A stretch of 64,000 nt of DNA from Octopus sinensis (lineage: Eukaryota). Below are positions 12,838 through 25,290 of this stretch, in pieces (the first letter of the stretch is position 1; every line of letters starts with the position of its first letter). The stretch covers positions 38,936,001 to 39,000,000 of the forward strand of contig NC_043008.1 in assembly GCF_006345805.1 (NCBI RefSeq), in the 5' to 3' direction. Both the position numbers and the translations under genes were made by a program. The notes under the pieces are model-generated. The model had not been told where the DNA came from. It worked only from the letters and a program-made list of their open reading frames with translations, and did no database searches.

Positions 12838-12937
12838 TCTACGCTGAAGAGAAAAGAAGTTTTGGTAAGGTAGAATTATTTAATATTTAATTCTTATGCT
12901 TTCCTAAAAACTTCATTTCGAAACGTGCGTCCGTAGA
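12838..12937 (+). ncRNA. Type I hammerhead ribozyme motif (PLE pLTR type), intact core
   Basis: Stem I UCUACG/CGUAGA; CUGAAGA 12844-12850; long stem II 12851-12919; GAAAC-GUGC-GUC; predicted cleavage after C12931. Confidence 0.8.
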
Positions 12938-13154
12938 TAACTTAAAATTGTATGATAGATTGCCGTCAATTCATTCTCTCTTACCTGTTTGTGTCTGCCT
13001 TCCAATTGCTGTTTTTACTGAGATCTCCCTTTTTAGTAGAAGAAATAGCTATAACTCTTTGACTGCTATTTCTAAATTCGGTATGTGGTAAGGCAATTCG
13101 TTGCTAAACCCTTTATTGCTTAGTATACATATATATATGTATTAGGGGCTAGTG

Positions 13155-13310
13155 TGAAATACAGCCATAAAGTGGAAAATTGTAAAAGAAGTCCAAACCA
13201 TAAAGAAATGAAACGGGACTGGATACATACTGCTATAAATTTACGAGTGTATTTACTGACATTGCCTTCTTAATAAATAATGAAATACTTGAAATATCTA
13301 TTTGAACACG
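13155..13310 (+). pseudogene. Highly degraded PLE GIY-YIG C-terminal remnant
   Basis: AIKWKIVKEVQT...LNK*NEILE resembles IKWKI..K...Y...LLNK.NEI; frameshifted. Confidence 0.3.
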
Positions 13311-13451
13311 CTTTGTTGGTGCTTATACATAAAACAATAAATTCAATAAAGTCATCCATTGTTTTGTAATGAACGCAAAGCCTTGTGTAACGTGTCAAGA
13401 AGTATACAGAAGTGATATCCAGTACCCTCTTGAGTTCTAATCTGAAATATT

Positions 13452-13879
13452 CTTTTCTATTCTAAGCACAAGGCTCGAAATTGGGGGAGGGGGTTCAGTC
13501 GATTAGATCGACCCCAGTACACAACTGGTACTTAATTTATCGACTCCGAAAGGATGAAAGCAAAGTCGACCAAGGCGGAATATGAACTCAGAACGTAAAG
13601 ACAGATGAAATACCGCTAAGCATTTTGCCCGGCGTGCTAACGTTTCTTATTTCTTTATTGCCCACAAGGGGCTAAACACAGAGAGGACAAACAAGGACAG
13701 ACAAACGGATTACGTCGATTATATCGACCCCAGTGCGTAACTGGTACTTAATTTATCGACCCCAAAAGGATGAAAGGCAAAGTCGACCTTGGCGGAATTT
13801 GAACTCAGAACGTAACGGCAGACGAAATACCGCTACGTATTTCGCCCGGCTTGCTAACGGTTCTGCCAGCTCGCCGCCT
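13452..13879 (-). mobile_element. Dimeric SINE family C insertion
   Basis: Two tandem family-C units enclosed by one 17-bp TSD TTCTAATCTGAAATATT (13435-13451 and 13880-13896). Confidence 0.85.
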
Positions 13880-13944
13880 TTCTAATCTGAAATATTAATT
13901 ACAGAGTGCATCGCTCTTCGAATCTTTCGCAAGAATACCCTAGA

Positions 13945-14295
13945 CTGGCTGTGTGGATAAGGAGCTTGTTTTGCAACCACGGGATTTCGGGTTCAGTTCC
14001 ACAGTTCAGTACGCGGGGCAACTATCTCCGACACTAGCCCCGTGCCGACCAATACATTTTGAGTGAAAGTGGTAAACGGAAACTTAGTGGAAACCCTTCA
14101 TGTATGTGTGTGTCAGCATCAGTGTTTTCCCCACTGCCCGCTGTTTGACAACCGGTTGTGGTTTGTTTATGTCCTGTAAATTAGTGGTTAGGCCTGACAA
14201 CCGATAGAATAAACGACAGATTATAAAAAAATAATAAGTGTTGGGTTAACTTTGTTCGACCAAAACCCTTCAAAGCAATGTTCCAGCTAATCAAC
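13945..14295 (+). mobile_element. Diverged SINE family D copy
   Basis: GGCTGTGTGG A box, GGTTCAGTTCC B box, degraded family-D body. Confidence 0.6.
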
Positions 14296-14479
14296 CCCAT
14301 TGCATGTGCTTTAACATGTCTCTCAGGTACCCAGTTAACGGCCTTTGAAAGTCGTAATAAGTCGCACCTTCATGCTTTTTATTACATGAGGCGTATCGGG
14401 ATGGTATACCACCATCAAATGTATGGATTTACAAGTTCAAGATGCATATCCACTCCGAAGTAATGACAACGGATCGAAG

Positions 14480-15040
14480 TAGATGTAGACATCCAACAGA
14501 CGATGTACAACATATTTGGCGTTTTTCTTAATAAGCCAGCATTTCTTCAACATCAGGGTAGTGGCTGAATTCTTCTATTAAGCATTGCAGTTTAGAATAA
14601 TAATTTTCCACGGAGAATGGATCTAAGACCAATGAAATTATTCTTTATTGTTCAAAAATGTTTTGGTACTACCAGTCTCCTAACAAATGTATAACATCCT
14701 AACTTGCCAAGAATTGTTTCAGGCGTATACTTTTGTTCATAATCTCAACTCACAACATCAATAATATGCAGAATCTCCATTGCCTTATTTCGTAACAAAA
14801 GTTAAGGGAAAGGCGGCACACTTTATTTCTGCGCTTCCGCCTTCCTTCTTATTTCCATATCGTAAACAATCGTTCCGCCTTCCTTCTTGTTTCCACATCG
14901 TAAACAATTTAGCAGAAGGTGCTAAATTTAAAGTTTTACACACCTTGGATGGCTGTTCACCAGACTCTAGGCGAAGAATCATGACTATTTTCTCAATATA
15001 GTTATTGTTCTAGGTTTTGGGTTAACCATCTCTTCCAAAG
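14480..15040 (-). pseudogene. Tigger/pogo-like transposase remnant (N-terminal HTH_psq)
   Basis: KPRTITI...MILRLESGEQPSKVCKTLNLAPS resembles the CENP-B/Tigger N-terminal HTH; internally deleted. Confidence 0.5.
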
Positions 15041-15900
15041 ACTCTTTACTACACATACAGCTCACGCATACAATTAAATCAATTTTATTATTAATGAAAG
15101 CCAACACCGTATGCAACGCTGTATATTATCATACGTACTACATTAACAAGTGAGAAGGAAACAAAATGGCGCACTGATTGTAAACAATTTTTTGGTGTGC
15201 ATTGTATGTTTGCTCTCATAGTCTTTGCAGCAATATGTTACTGAGTTCCGACTTTATTTTTTAAATTTATTTATTTTGGGTATATCCTTTTCACTATCTT
15301 ATTTCCATTTGAAATCCTCATTGATCTTAGCAGACAGAAAATGAATAATCATTAAACAAGCGTTACGCTTACATAACTGTTCCTAACAATAGCAATTGGT
15401 TTCCTTCTTTTATTTACATAACAGTTTCTAACAATGGCAAAGCCAAATATTTTAGGGAAGGCATTTAAAAATGGTATCTTTTTGTCGAAACCGGTATCAC
15501 GAAAGCAAAATCATTGGTGAAATTTCAATTTCAAACAAATGTAAAATTAAATATGACAATAAATTTTATTCAGTTCTCTATCTTTACCGTGGATGATGTC
15601 CACTTCCTTATTGCATTATATATAATAAACTGACGAATGTTTTGAATTCTTAGGTTGTTGAATATATACATACGTATATATGTACATATTCTCTCTGTCT
15701 CTCTCTTTCTCTCTCTCTCTCCCCCTCTCTCTCTCTCTACATATATATATATACATATGTGTGTATATATGTATATATGTGTGTGTGAGTGCTTGTTCCA
15801 TTTATAATGATGCGTCCACTCCCATATTGCACTATATATAATAAACTTACAAATATTTTGAATTCTTAAGTTGTTGAATATGTACGTACGTGTGTATGTA

Positions 15901-15985
<85 letters not shown>

Positions 15986-16049
15986 TGCATAAGTGTGTGT
16001 GTGTATATGTATATATGTATGTGTGTGTGTTTGTTCCATTTATAACTCC

Positions 16050-16290
16050 TTCTTGCAAAGAAGGAGTTGGTTTCTAACAAAGTTACAGGGCTCCATCTCT
16101 GGAGCAACGTCACATGTTGAACTTCAGAAAACCCTTACATATTTTTACTATTCGTTATGTACGATTCAACTGGTTGATTCCTTTATCTGAAAATCCTTGC
16201 TCTTCCACATTGTCGCTTCAGCGTTTACTAACAAAAACCAAAAGCAACAATTATTATTGATATCAATGTACATTTTATAAACCGGGTATA
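16050..16290 (-). pseudogene. Degraded R4/Dong 3' end (RLE C-terminus plus UTR)
   Basis: IIIVAFGFVSK...QGFSDKGINQLNRT...VKICKGFLKFNM* is homologous to 30921-31307; followed by CA/CATA repeat. Confidence 0.6.
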
Positions 16291-16401
16291 GAAACAGTCG
16301 GTTTTATTTAGGCAGTAGTTTAAATAAAATCTTTAATACATCATGATGTCAAGAGAAAGAGAAACGTACATACATATATGTATACACACACACACATATA
16401 C

Positions 16402-16474
<73 letters not shown>

Positions 16475-16729
16475 TGTAAATATTTGTATGTATATACATA
16501 AATATATGTTGTGTCTATCGATTTATATAAATATGTATGCATTATGTATGTTTATTGTATAGGAAAATATATAAATTAAAATGTCATGAAATGAGTCAAT
16601 AACTATAAAATACTTCTATTTGCACCGAGTTAATATTGTTGCCTTTTATGGAAGTTGAAGATACTTTTTTGGTTTCAACGAAAAAAAAACATAAAGAATC
16701 ATTATATATCATCATTATCGTCACTACCA

Positions 16730-16960
16730 TTATCATCATCATCATTGTTTTAAAGTCTGTTTTTCCATCCACTCATGATGAGTCGAACAGAGTCTAATGA
16801 AGCTGATTTTCTACGGACGGATGTCCTTACGGTCGGCAATCGTCGCCTGCTTCGAAAAAGAATACTGATAGGGTACAGAAAGTGTATCAATAGCCAGCTG
16901 GAAAAGATGTTCTCGTGGGGCCACAAGCTATAGTAGCATCCACCCTTAAGGGTTAGCCAC
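16730..16960 (-). mobile_element. Degraded retroposon 3' end with (GAT)n tail
   Basis: GTCTGTTTTCCAT...TTTCTACGG.CGGATG.CCTT resembles RTE-type 3' ends; diverged. Confidence 0.3.
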
Positions 16961-17022
16961 ATTTAAGTGGCAGTTATATACTTCACATTGTCGTGCAGCT
17001 ACTGCTTATACTTCGTTCAGAG

Positions 17023-17115
<93 letters not shown>

Positions 17116-17528
17116 TCCACGATCATACAAGTTTGCGCAGAATATTGGAAATGAATAACACTAGTTGAACGTGAATACAACTTATTTACAACTATCATGT
17201 GTATGTCAAGACAAAGAGACACATACATACACACGCAAACACATACTCACACATACATACACACGCAAACACATACTCACACATACACACATACAAACTC
17301 ATACATATACATACCTACATGCATATGTATATGTGTATGCATGTATCTGTGTAATTATGTTTGTATGTATATATGTCTGTATGTCGGTATGTATGATGCT
17401 CACCCAAATACACTCCTAAGATTTAGTCGGATAGAAGAGACAGTAAAAGACACGCAAGATAACATGGAGTGGGACCGAACTGGAGCCCTTGAGGATCGGA
17501 AGCAAAATTCTTAACGGGCATATATACA

Positions 17529-17675
<147 letters not shown>

Positions 17676-19391
17676 TGACAGACAGACAGACAGTCTAAGA
17701 ATGGCGGTTTTGCTATTTTACTTATTTCTTTATTAGGACCTGACGAGAGGAACTTGGATCATGAGTAATATGTTGTAATATTACAAAAACATTAGTATTT
17801 ATATTCAGGCTGCATCTAAACCACGAACTGTTGAAACGCTCGGAGTGAAAGAACATTTGCATAAGTGCCGATTTAGAGTACACCTTGGGTTTCTAAACTC
17901 CACTTTTATCTTATTTATCAATACATGCATACAAATACAAATACACACACACACACTCACACACATACATTCATCAGGGTGTGCGTGTGTGTGTTGGTGT
18001 ACGTGTGTTTACATGCCTATATTATAACAGTGTAGGAAAGGTGTGTATTTCCAATACGAACCTAATCCGAACGCCTTTCTAGCAATACATTCGAACAGGA
18101 ACTTTAAGAAAACCTAAATTTCCAATGGAACAGAAACTCTGGGTACATTACAGGTAAAAGCTCTCTGTAAGTTTTACAGAGCGTAATACAATTGTCCATG
18201 TAGCCTTTGTTCCTTACGGCATTATTGGAGTGATACTTAAATATACTAGCATCAATTCGTGCGTTTTTTTTCTCTTTCACGTAAAGACCCTTTGTGTGTA
18301 TGTGCACGAATGTATACAAGCAACTGACGGAAAGAGGGAAAATACAGCCTTCATCAGCTACATCGCTAGGGCTTCTGACAGTTTCTATGCATTGAATTAG
18401 AACTGCCACTTTTGTGGCATTAACAGATAAGATGATAGTTTGGTAACTAATACTGAGACGAAGAGGATAAAAACAAAGTAAAACATCGAGTGTCGTCTTA
18501 GAAACTGGGATGGAAATCAAGACAAAATATGGGTTTATTCTATTGGCTAAAGCAAAAGAACCCCACAAAAAATACATATCCAATAATAGTAAAATTAAAT
18601 GGAACCTAAGACTTTTTCGATAAAACATTACTTAATTACAATAAATATGCAATGAGAAAAACCAACACAATAGAACAATGCAGCCTGTAGTGAGTGAAAG
18701 AGAAAAGCATGATTAAATTTCTGGACAGTGTCCATAAGAAGGGACGAAGAGAAGGGATGTATCTAGATGTGTTTGCTTGTGTCTAGAGTGGATGTAGGCG
18801 GTGGCAAGCTGCCTCTCTAATCTTCCTTCTACCATTTCTAGCATATCTCTTCTTGTTTCCGCTATAGTCACGAGTTTTCTTTTTTATCTTGCAGCTCTAT
18901 GCATATATCCATGTATGTACGTACGTATGTATGTATGTATGAATGTATGCATATATGCATGTATTTATGTATAAGTATCTACATTTACCTATCTATCTAT
19001 ATTTGTTTGTCTATCTGTCTGTTTATCTATTTTTCTATCTACCTATCCATCTATGTAACTGTCTCTGTCTCACTCTCTTTCCGTATACACACACATATTC
19101 ATATACACATTTATGCAAGAATATCTATATCAATCTATATAGCAGGCAAGCTGTATTACTGTGTGTCGGCGTTTCATACATGTACTGGAGTATGCATTTA
19201 CTTGTATAACTCACTATATTCATACCACGCTTGGTATTATTCAAATAATATAATATACATATCAGACATCTTTATATTTGTTAATCATATGTATAGATGT
19301 ACCTATCTCTCTAAATCTACGTGCGACGTTGCTAATTTATATTCTCATTCAAGCTCTGTACGTTCATAGTCTTATATGTATGTGTGTGTGC

Positions 19392-19422
<31 letters not shown>

Positions 19423-19683
19423 ATATATATATATATATATTATATATATATAGGTGAATGAATTATCCTACTATGGATAATTCGGTTAACCGATACCTGG
19501 ATAGCAAATTCACGTCAGAAAACACGGTTGAAGCTACCTGCCAAGGGCAGAAATCCCGTGTTCTCGTGTGGAAATTTGTGTGTTTTTTTTAACTATAAAT
19601 TAAGGAATATGCAGTCTTCGAAACATATGTCGAGAGTAAAGGAATCTTGTTAAAATCGTCGTTCGACTCCATTCTTTCATTTA

Positions 19684-19714
<31 letters not shown>

Positions 19715-20514
19715 CATATATATAAAATTAAATTATGTGAGCAAGGCCAGACGCCTGTCTCCTACATCCTTGAAATTAATGCCGATGTACTAAAAGAACT
19801 ACCGGAAAAACTCCAAGGAAGACACAGGTTCTAGACGGGCGAGTGAAAAACTTTACGTTAATTGTGACGTGCGTTCAATTTCTGGATTAAACCCATAAAA
19901 AGGCTTTTCTTCTTCGTCAGCACAATACACGGGAATATCCTTACAAATAATTATACATACCCGTACAAAGTGAATTCGCACGTCAACATACAAGTATTTG
20001 CACATACAGATCAAAGATAATTATATTATCAAAATAGCACCGCAGGAAATGTGATTTTGATCAGGAGTAAAAATATTATATTATTTTTATCAAGCATGAA
20101 TAAGAATTTATAAGTAATTTATATATCAAATTAATATTTATATATATATGTGTCTGTGTGTGTATGTATGTATATATATATATATAATATATATATATAT
20201 ATATTATATATATATAATATATTATATATTATATATATGTATGTATGTATAATATATTAAAGGAGCAAGGCGAGACGCCTGTCTCCTACATGCTTGAAGT
20301 TAATGCCGAGGCACTAAAAAGAAAAAACTACTAGAATTGAACCCAATTCACAGTTAACGTGAAGTTTTTTAGTAGTTTTCTCTAATATAATTATATATAT
20401 ACAATTATAAATTTAATATATAAATTACCCACAATTTCTATTTTATGGTGATAAAAATCATTAACATCATTTTATCCTTCTATTCTGAATAAATAAATAT
20501 TATATATATATATA

Positions 20515-20564
<50 letters not shown>

Positions 20565-20700
20565 TATATATATATAGTCTATAATATATATATATATACA
20601 TATATATAATATATATATATATAATATAATATATATATACATATATATTATATATATATTATATATATATATATATATTATATATTATATATCTATATAT

Positions 20701-20750
<50 letters not shown>

Positions 20751-21878
20751 GGTGGTAGAGCAGCCAATGGGGCCACTTCCATTAACAACACAAAAGTGAG
20801 CGGTGTTCCGCAGGGCACTGTTTTGGGACCATTACTGTTCATAATGGCCCTCTCAGACATGCCCTCAGCCACGCAGAGAGCCACGATCACAAGTTATGCA
20901 GATATACAAAAGTTTCACAGGCAATACAGAACCCTGAAGACACTAAGCACCTGCATGTGAGCTGGACGAATATACAAGTGGGCTGAAAAGAATAGCATGC
21001 AGTTCAATGCTGAAAAGTTTCAAGCTTTATACTATCAGCATGCAAAACTAAATGCAATACCCAATGAATACACTGGACCCGGAGGAATAGCAATCCCAGA
21101 GGCACAATCAGTGCGTGACCTGGGTATTTACATGAGTGATGACGCAACCTTTCGTGTTCATGTTGCTAAATTGGCAATGAAATTAAGACGACTGGCCGGA
21201 TGGATTCTCAAACCTTAGACAAGAGAACAAGAAACCATGATGGTCCTCTGGAGGACACTTGTCCTAAGCCACTTTGACTATTGCTCTCAGTTATGGTCAC
21301 CACCAGTGTCAGTTGATCACAGAGCTCGAGGCGATCCAGCGTACTACACGAAGAAATAGCCTCTATGCAGAATGTAGCTACTGGGAAAGACTCAAGAGAT
21401 TAAAACTATATTCCTTGGAGCGTAGGCGGGAAAGATATGCCATAATATACATCTGGAAGATCGTGGAGGGACGTGTCCCAAACTTTGGCATCGAAAGTTA
21501 CACAAATGCCAGAACTGGGCGCCACTGCGTGGTGCCTAGGACTCCAAATTTGCCATCAAGATGTAGGACAAGATACTGTGATAGCCTGGGCTTCCGTGGC
21601 CCACAGCTCTTCAATATCATCCCGAAGAACCTGAGAGACCTGCATGGGGTGGATGCAGATGTCTTTAAAATGGAACTGGATCTCTTCCTGTCAGGTGTCC
21701 CAGATGAACCAACTTCACGGCAGGAGGTGCAGATGAAGGCAGCTGCATCGAACTCTCTAATGCACCAAATGGCAGTTGCTAAAAAGCTTTCGTGAAGTAA
21801 AACCAAGTAGCAACACCAAATGGCGGTGCCCCAGCATGGCCACAGCTCATGAGCTGAAACTAGAATCAATCAATCAAT
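20751..21878 (+). mobile_element. 5'-truncated CR1/L2-group LINE (RT C-terminal half, 3'UTR, (ATCA)n tail)
   Basis: SGVPQGTVLGPLLF, SYAD-TK (frameshifted YADD), VRDLG, FDYCSQLWSP, YWERLKRLKLYSLERRRERY; flanked by (TA)n. Confidence 0.9.
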
Positions 21879-21883
21879 ATATA

Positions 21884-21939
<56 letters not shown>

Positions 21940-22014
21940 TAGATAAACTTAGATATGTTTCGACCAAAGATTGGTCCAGGCCATGTCTAATATATATATA
22001 TGTATAAATATATG

Positions 22015-22161
22015 CGAGAGGTTGCTGAAAAGTTCCTGATTTGAAATTTATTCACCTCTCAGATACACACACTTATTGCACCGGTCCTTCAGTTTTTCTA
22101 ACCCCTGTAAAACCAGGTCATTCTTGATACTCTTAAACCAGGAACATTTGAGAACCCCTGC
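22015..22161. mobile_element. mariner-type MITE
   Basis: Imperfect TIRs CGAGAGGTTGCTGAAAAGTTCCTG / CCAGGAACATTTGAGAACCCCTG in TA-rich context. Confidence 0.55.
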
Positions 22162-22165
22162 TATA

Positions 22166-22252
<87 letters not shown>

Positions 22253-22280
22253 TATATATATATATATATATATGTATGTG

Positions 22281-22320
<40 letters not shown>

Positions 22321-22494
22321 TCATATCTAAACATATATATGCATCCCTTTTGTATTTAATGCATTAAATATTCTTTGTGCATCGCCCCGCCTAACTTGCT
22401 TATCCTTACATTTACTCCCCTACTCGCTCAGGCTAAAATGTCTTGAGCACTACAACATGTATTGTATACGGAGAACATCCGATTCTCTTCTATG

Positions 22495-22525
<31 letters not shown>

Positions 22526-22614
22526 ATATATGTATACATACAACATATATATATACATTATATATATGTGTATATATATATATATACATTATATAGACAT
22601 ACATTACAACATAC

Positions 22615-22645
<31 letters not shown>

Positions 22646-22673
22646 AATAATATATATTATATATAATAATATA

Positions 22674-22715
<42 letters not shown>

Positions 22716-23166
22716 GAATATATATTTATAAGGGATATGCGAACGCGTATGTATGGTAGTCGTGTGTGTACAATTATATTTATAACGTCATAATCAGCTG
22801 CAATCTAAAAGAAAGGAATGCATGGATTTAATTATATAAATTCACGCACGCACTGTAGCAACCTCACGCATATACACACGTACACACGAGCAATTTTTCG
22901 TCCGTACACACATGTATTCACATTCACAGTGATTTTACGATATCGTATTACATTTATTATTTTATATCTGACGAAATATCATAAAAATATATGGTATAAC
23001 TGGAAATATGCACATAGATTCGTGTGGATATATAATTAATCATCGTGACTATGTCTGTATATAGAATATACTATCGTGTCTTTTCCTACAATTGAATAGA
23101 AGTTCAGTTGTTTTTTTCGTTCAACCTTATAGTTTTTAATCCTTCTGTCACTTTCTTCCCCATCGT

Positions 23167-23233
<67 letters not shown>

Positions 23234-23282
23234 GTATCTATCTATCTATCTATCTAATATATGTATATATATATATATATAT

Positions 23283-24320
23283 AAGTTCAGCAAAATTTAG
23301 ATTCAAATGAATATGGTACTTAAGTTAGATGCACCAGAATTTTGAATGGTGTTATCCATATAAATCCATGGGGTGATTATAATCAAAATAAGCAACCAGA
23401 ATAACTTTGGTAATTTGGTACGATCGTTTCGCACTACATCATTTTATTAAATGTTGTAAGCATTACAACATTTTTAAAATGCTGAACACTCATCGGCCAT
23501 TAATAGAGGTTTTCCATTAATACATAATTTTCATATCAAGTGATAACCTTATATAGAAGGTAGATATATAGACAAAGATGTGGATTTAAATTTTAAGAAC
23601 ATTTAAGGTAGTGGAGTTTATCAACTGACTGACTAAAATTCAGTTGCTCTGAACTGTTAGAAGGTTCTGAGAAGAATGGACAAATGAAAGGAGGCAACAA
23701 AGATTTTCTATTTATAGAAATAGGTGTGAAATAGATGTCAAAGTTCCATATAAAGAAAAGGATTGTCACATTACAATGCCAATTACTACTATTTGGTAAA
23801 CAGATTTAGCATTAGGAAAATTAGGTTAATGTCAAATGGTTATAATGAGACTCATAGAGAATGCAGAGATTTTTATAAAACTAATACACACCAACATTAG
23901 TTGATAGGTTCTGAGTACTTTGATACGTTGGATTAAAGGAGAAATTATAGATCTAAAATTTATTCAAAACTAGAGAAAAGTCTATCACTTATTATGAGTA
24001 AGCATAATACTTATTAATTGGGGAAAAAGTCTTATTAATCAAGTGAATATATTAGGGGTCCAAAATATAGACTAGGAAAAATAGAAGAGGAAAAATCAAA
24101 GAAGAAAGGTATTCGTAGGTTTAGTAGAAGGTGATTTAATAATATGAAGAGAAGTAATTTAGAAGAGTAAATTATTCAGATTTCATGAATTAAAATATAG
24201 GATCTGTTGGAAATAATATTTACTACCCGCGGAGAAAGGTTAATTAGTTAGGTAGAAATATCTTAGGTTAATTATATATTAAGAAATGGAAGTGAGATAA
24301 TCAAGGTGAATCGATTCACG
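23283..24320 (-). mobile_element. Degraded Penelope-like element 3' region (GIY-YIG relic plus pLTR)
   Basis: Minus-strand remnant KSVYQ...CN..SF.I.GT resembling the GIY-YIG start, followed by a hammerhead motif; flanked by (TA)n and (CA)n. Confidence 0.5.
23416..23499 (-). ncRNA. Type I hammerhead motif with a U4C core mutation
   Basis: UGG-CCGAUGA-G[long stem II with 11-bp AAAUGUUGUAA/UUACAACAUUU]C-GAAAC-GAUC-GUA-CCA; palindromic ACGAUCGU. Confidence 0.65.
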
Positions 24321-24332
24321 CACACACACTCA

Positions 24333-24409
<77 letters not shown>

Positions 24410-24492
24410 TTTTCAAAATGTAACCGCATGTTAATCGCTGGCGATCTGGCGATATTCTTCATCTGTCTTCCTTTTCTATTGGTCTTACCCCT

Positions 24493-24527
24493 GTTTCTGA
24501 AGAAGAGCTCTGCTCGAAACCTTAAAC
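24493..24527 (+). ncRNA. Minimal (35-nt) hammerhead motif, one substitution in stem III
   Basis: GUUU-CUGAAGA-A-GAGC-UCU-GCUC-GAAAC-CUU-AAAC; GAAACGUU expected. Confidence 0.65.
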
Positions 24528-24639
24528 CATCTTGCTGTCCTTTCCTGAACGTCTGCTAATAATTTGCATGTACCACGTACTCGCGTTGTTGTTGTTGTCT
24601 TTTTTTTCTTAGTCTTTGTGAGGGGATTTATATATATTC

Positions 24640-24812
24640 TTTTATTCGTTTACTTGTTTCAGTCGATTGACTGCGGCCATGCTAGAGTACCGCCTTTACT
24701 CGAACAAATTGCCCCCGGGACTTATTGTTTGCAAGCTTAGTACTTATTCTTTCGGTCTCTTTTGTTGAACCTCCAAGTTTCAGTGACTTCAACACACCAA
24801 CATCGGTTGTCA
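24640..24812 (-). mobile_element. SINE family D 3' half
   Basis: Homology to the family-D tail (TTTCAGTCGATTGACTGCGGCCATGCT). Confidence 0.75.
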
Positions 24813-24814
24813 AC

Positions 24815-25290
24815 AGAACTTCCCAACAGAGCGCTTGAATAGCACTTTTCGTCATATTAACGATGTTCAGTCTTCAGCTTTTTTCTTTCGTTCAGAGCTT
24901 GTGAAATACAAGGATCTCATCCATCGAGTGAAAGAGTCGAGTTACGGTATCATGAAATCATTCCATCTGCTGTGCTAATTCCTTAGTAAATTGCTACAGT
25001 TCCCCGTGGATGGACTTATTCACTCGATCCCCAATGAGAATGAACAGGTCCGCCGGATCGCAGAGAAGAGGTAAATTTTCCCTCCTTGAAGTATGAAAAC
25101 CATTTCTGTGCAGTTCTTTGTGATAGCACCTTCTCTATACACAGCACAAATTTCTCGATCGGCTTTAGCAGTTTTGGAACCTTGATTTAAAGCAATGAGA
25201 AGCAGGTGGCGAAGTGGTCGGTTTTTTTTATCTACGTTAGCACTACATCCTCTTATGTTTGAGAAAAGGTTAACATTTACTTAGATTTCT
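24815..25290 (-). pseudogene. mariner transposase N-terminal remnant
   Basis: DHFRHLLLIALNQGSKTAKADREICAVYREGAIT...FKEG.F...RSGGP...ELAQQME matches the mariner HTH region. Confidence 0.8.

Noticed and set aside
18083-18153. Possible exon QYIRTGTLRKPKFPMEQKLWVHY with donor CAG|GTAAAAG; overlapping 174-aa minus-strand ORF 18104-18628
   Set aside because: No recognisable domain, weak acceptor and no partner exons; cannot be supported without RNA-seq
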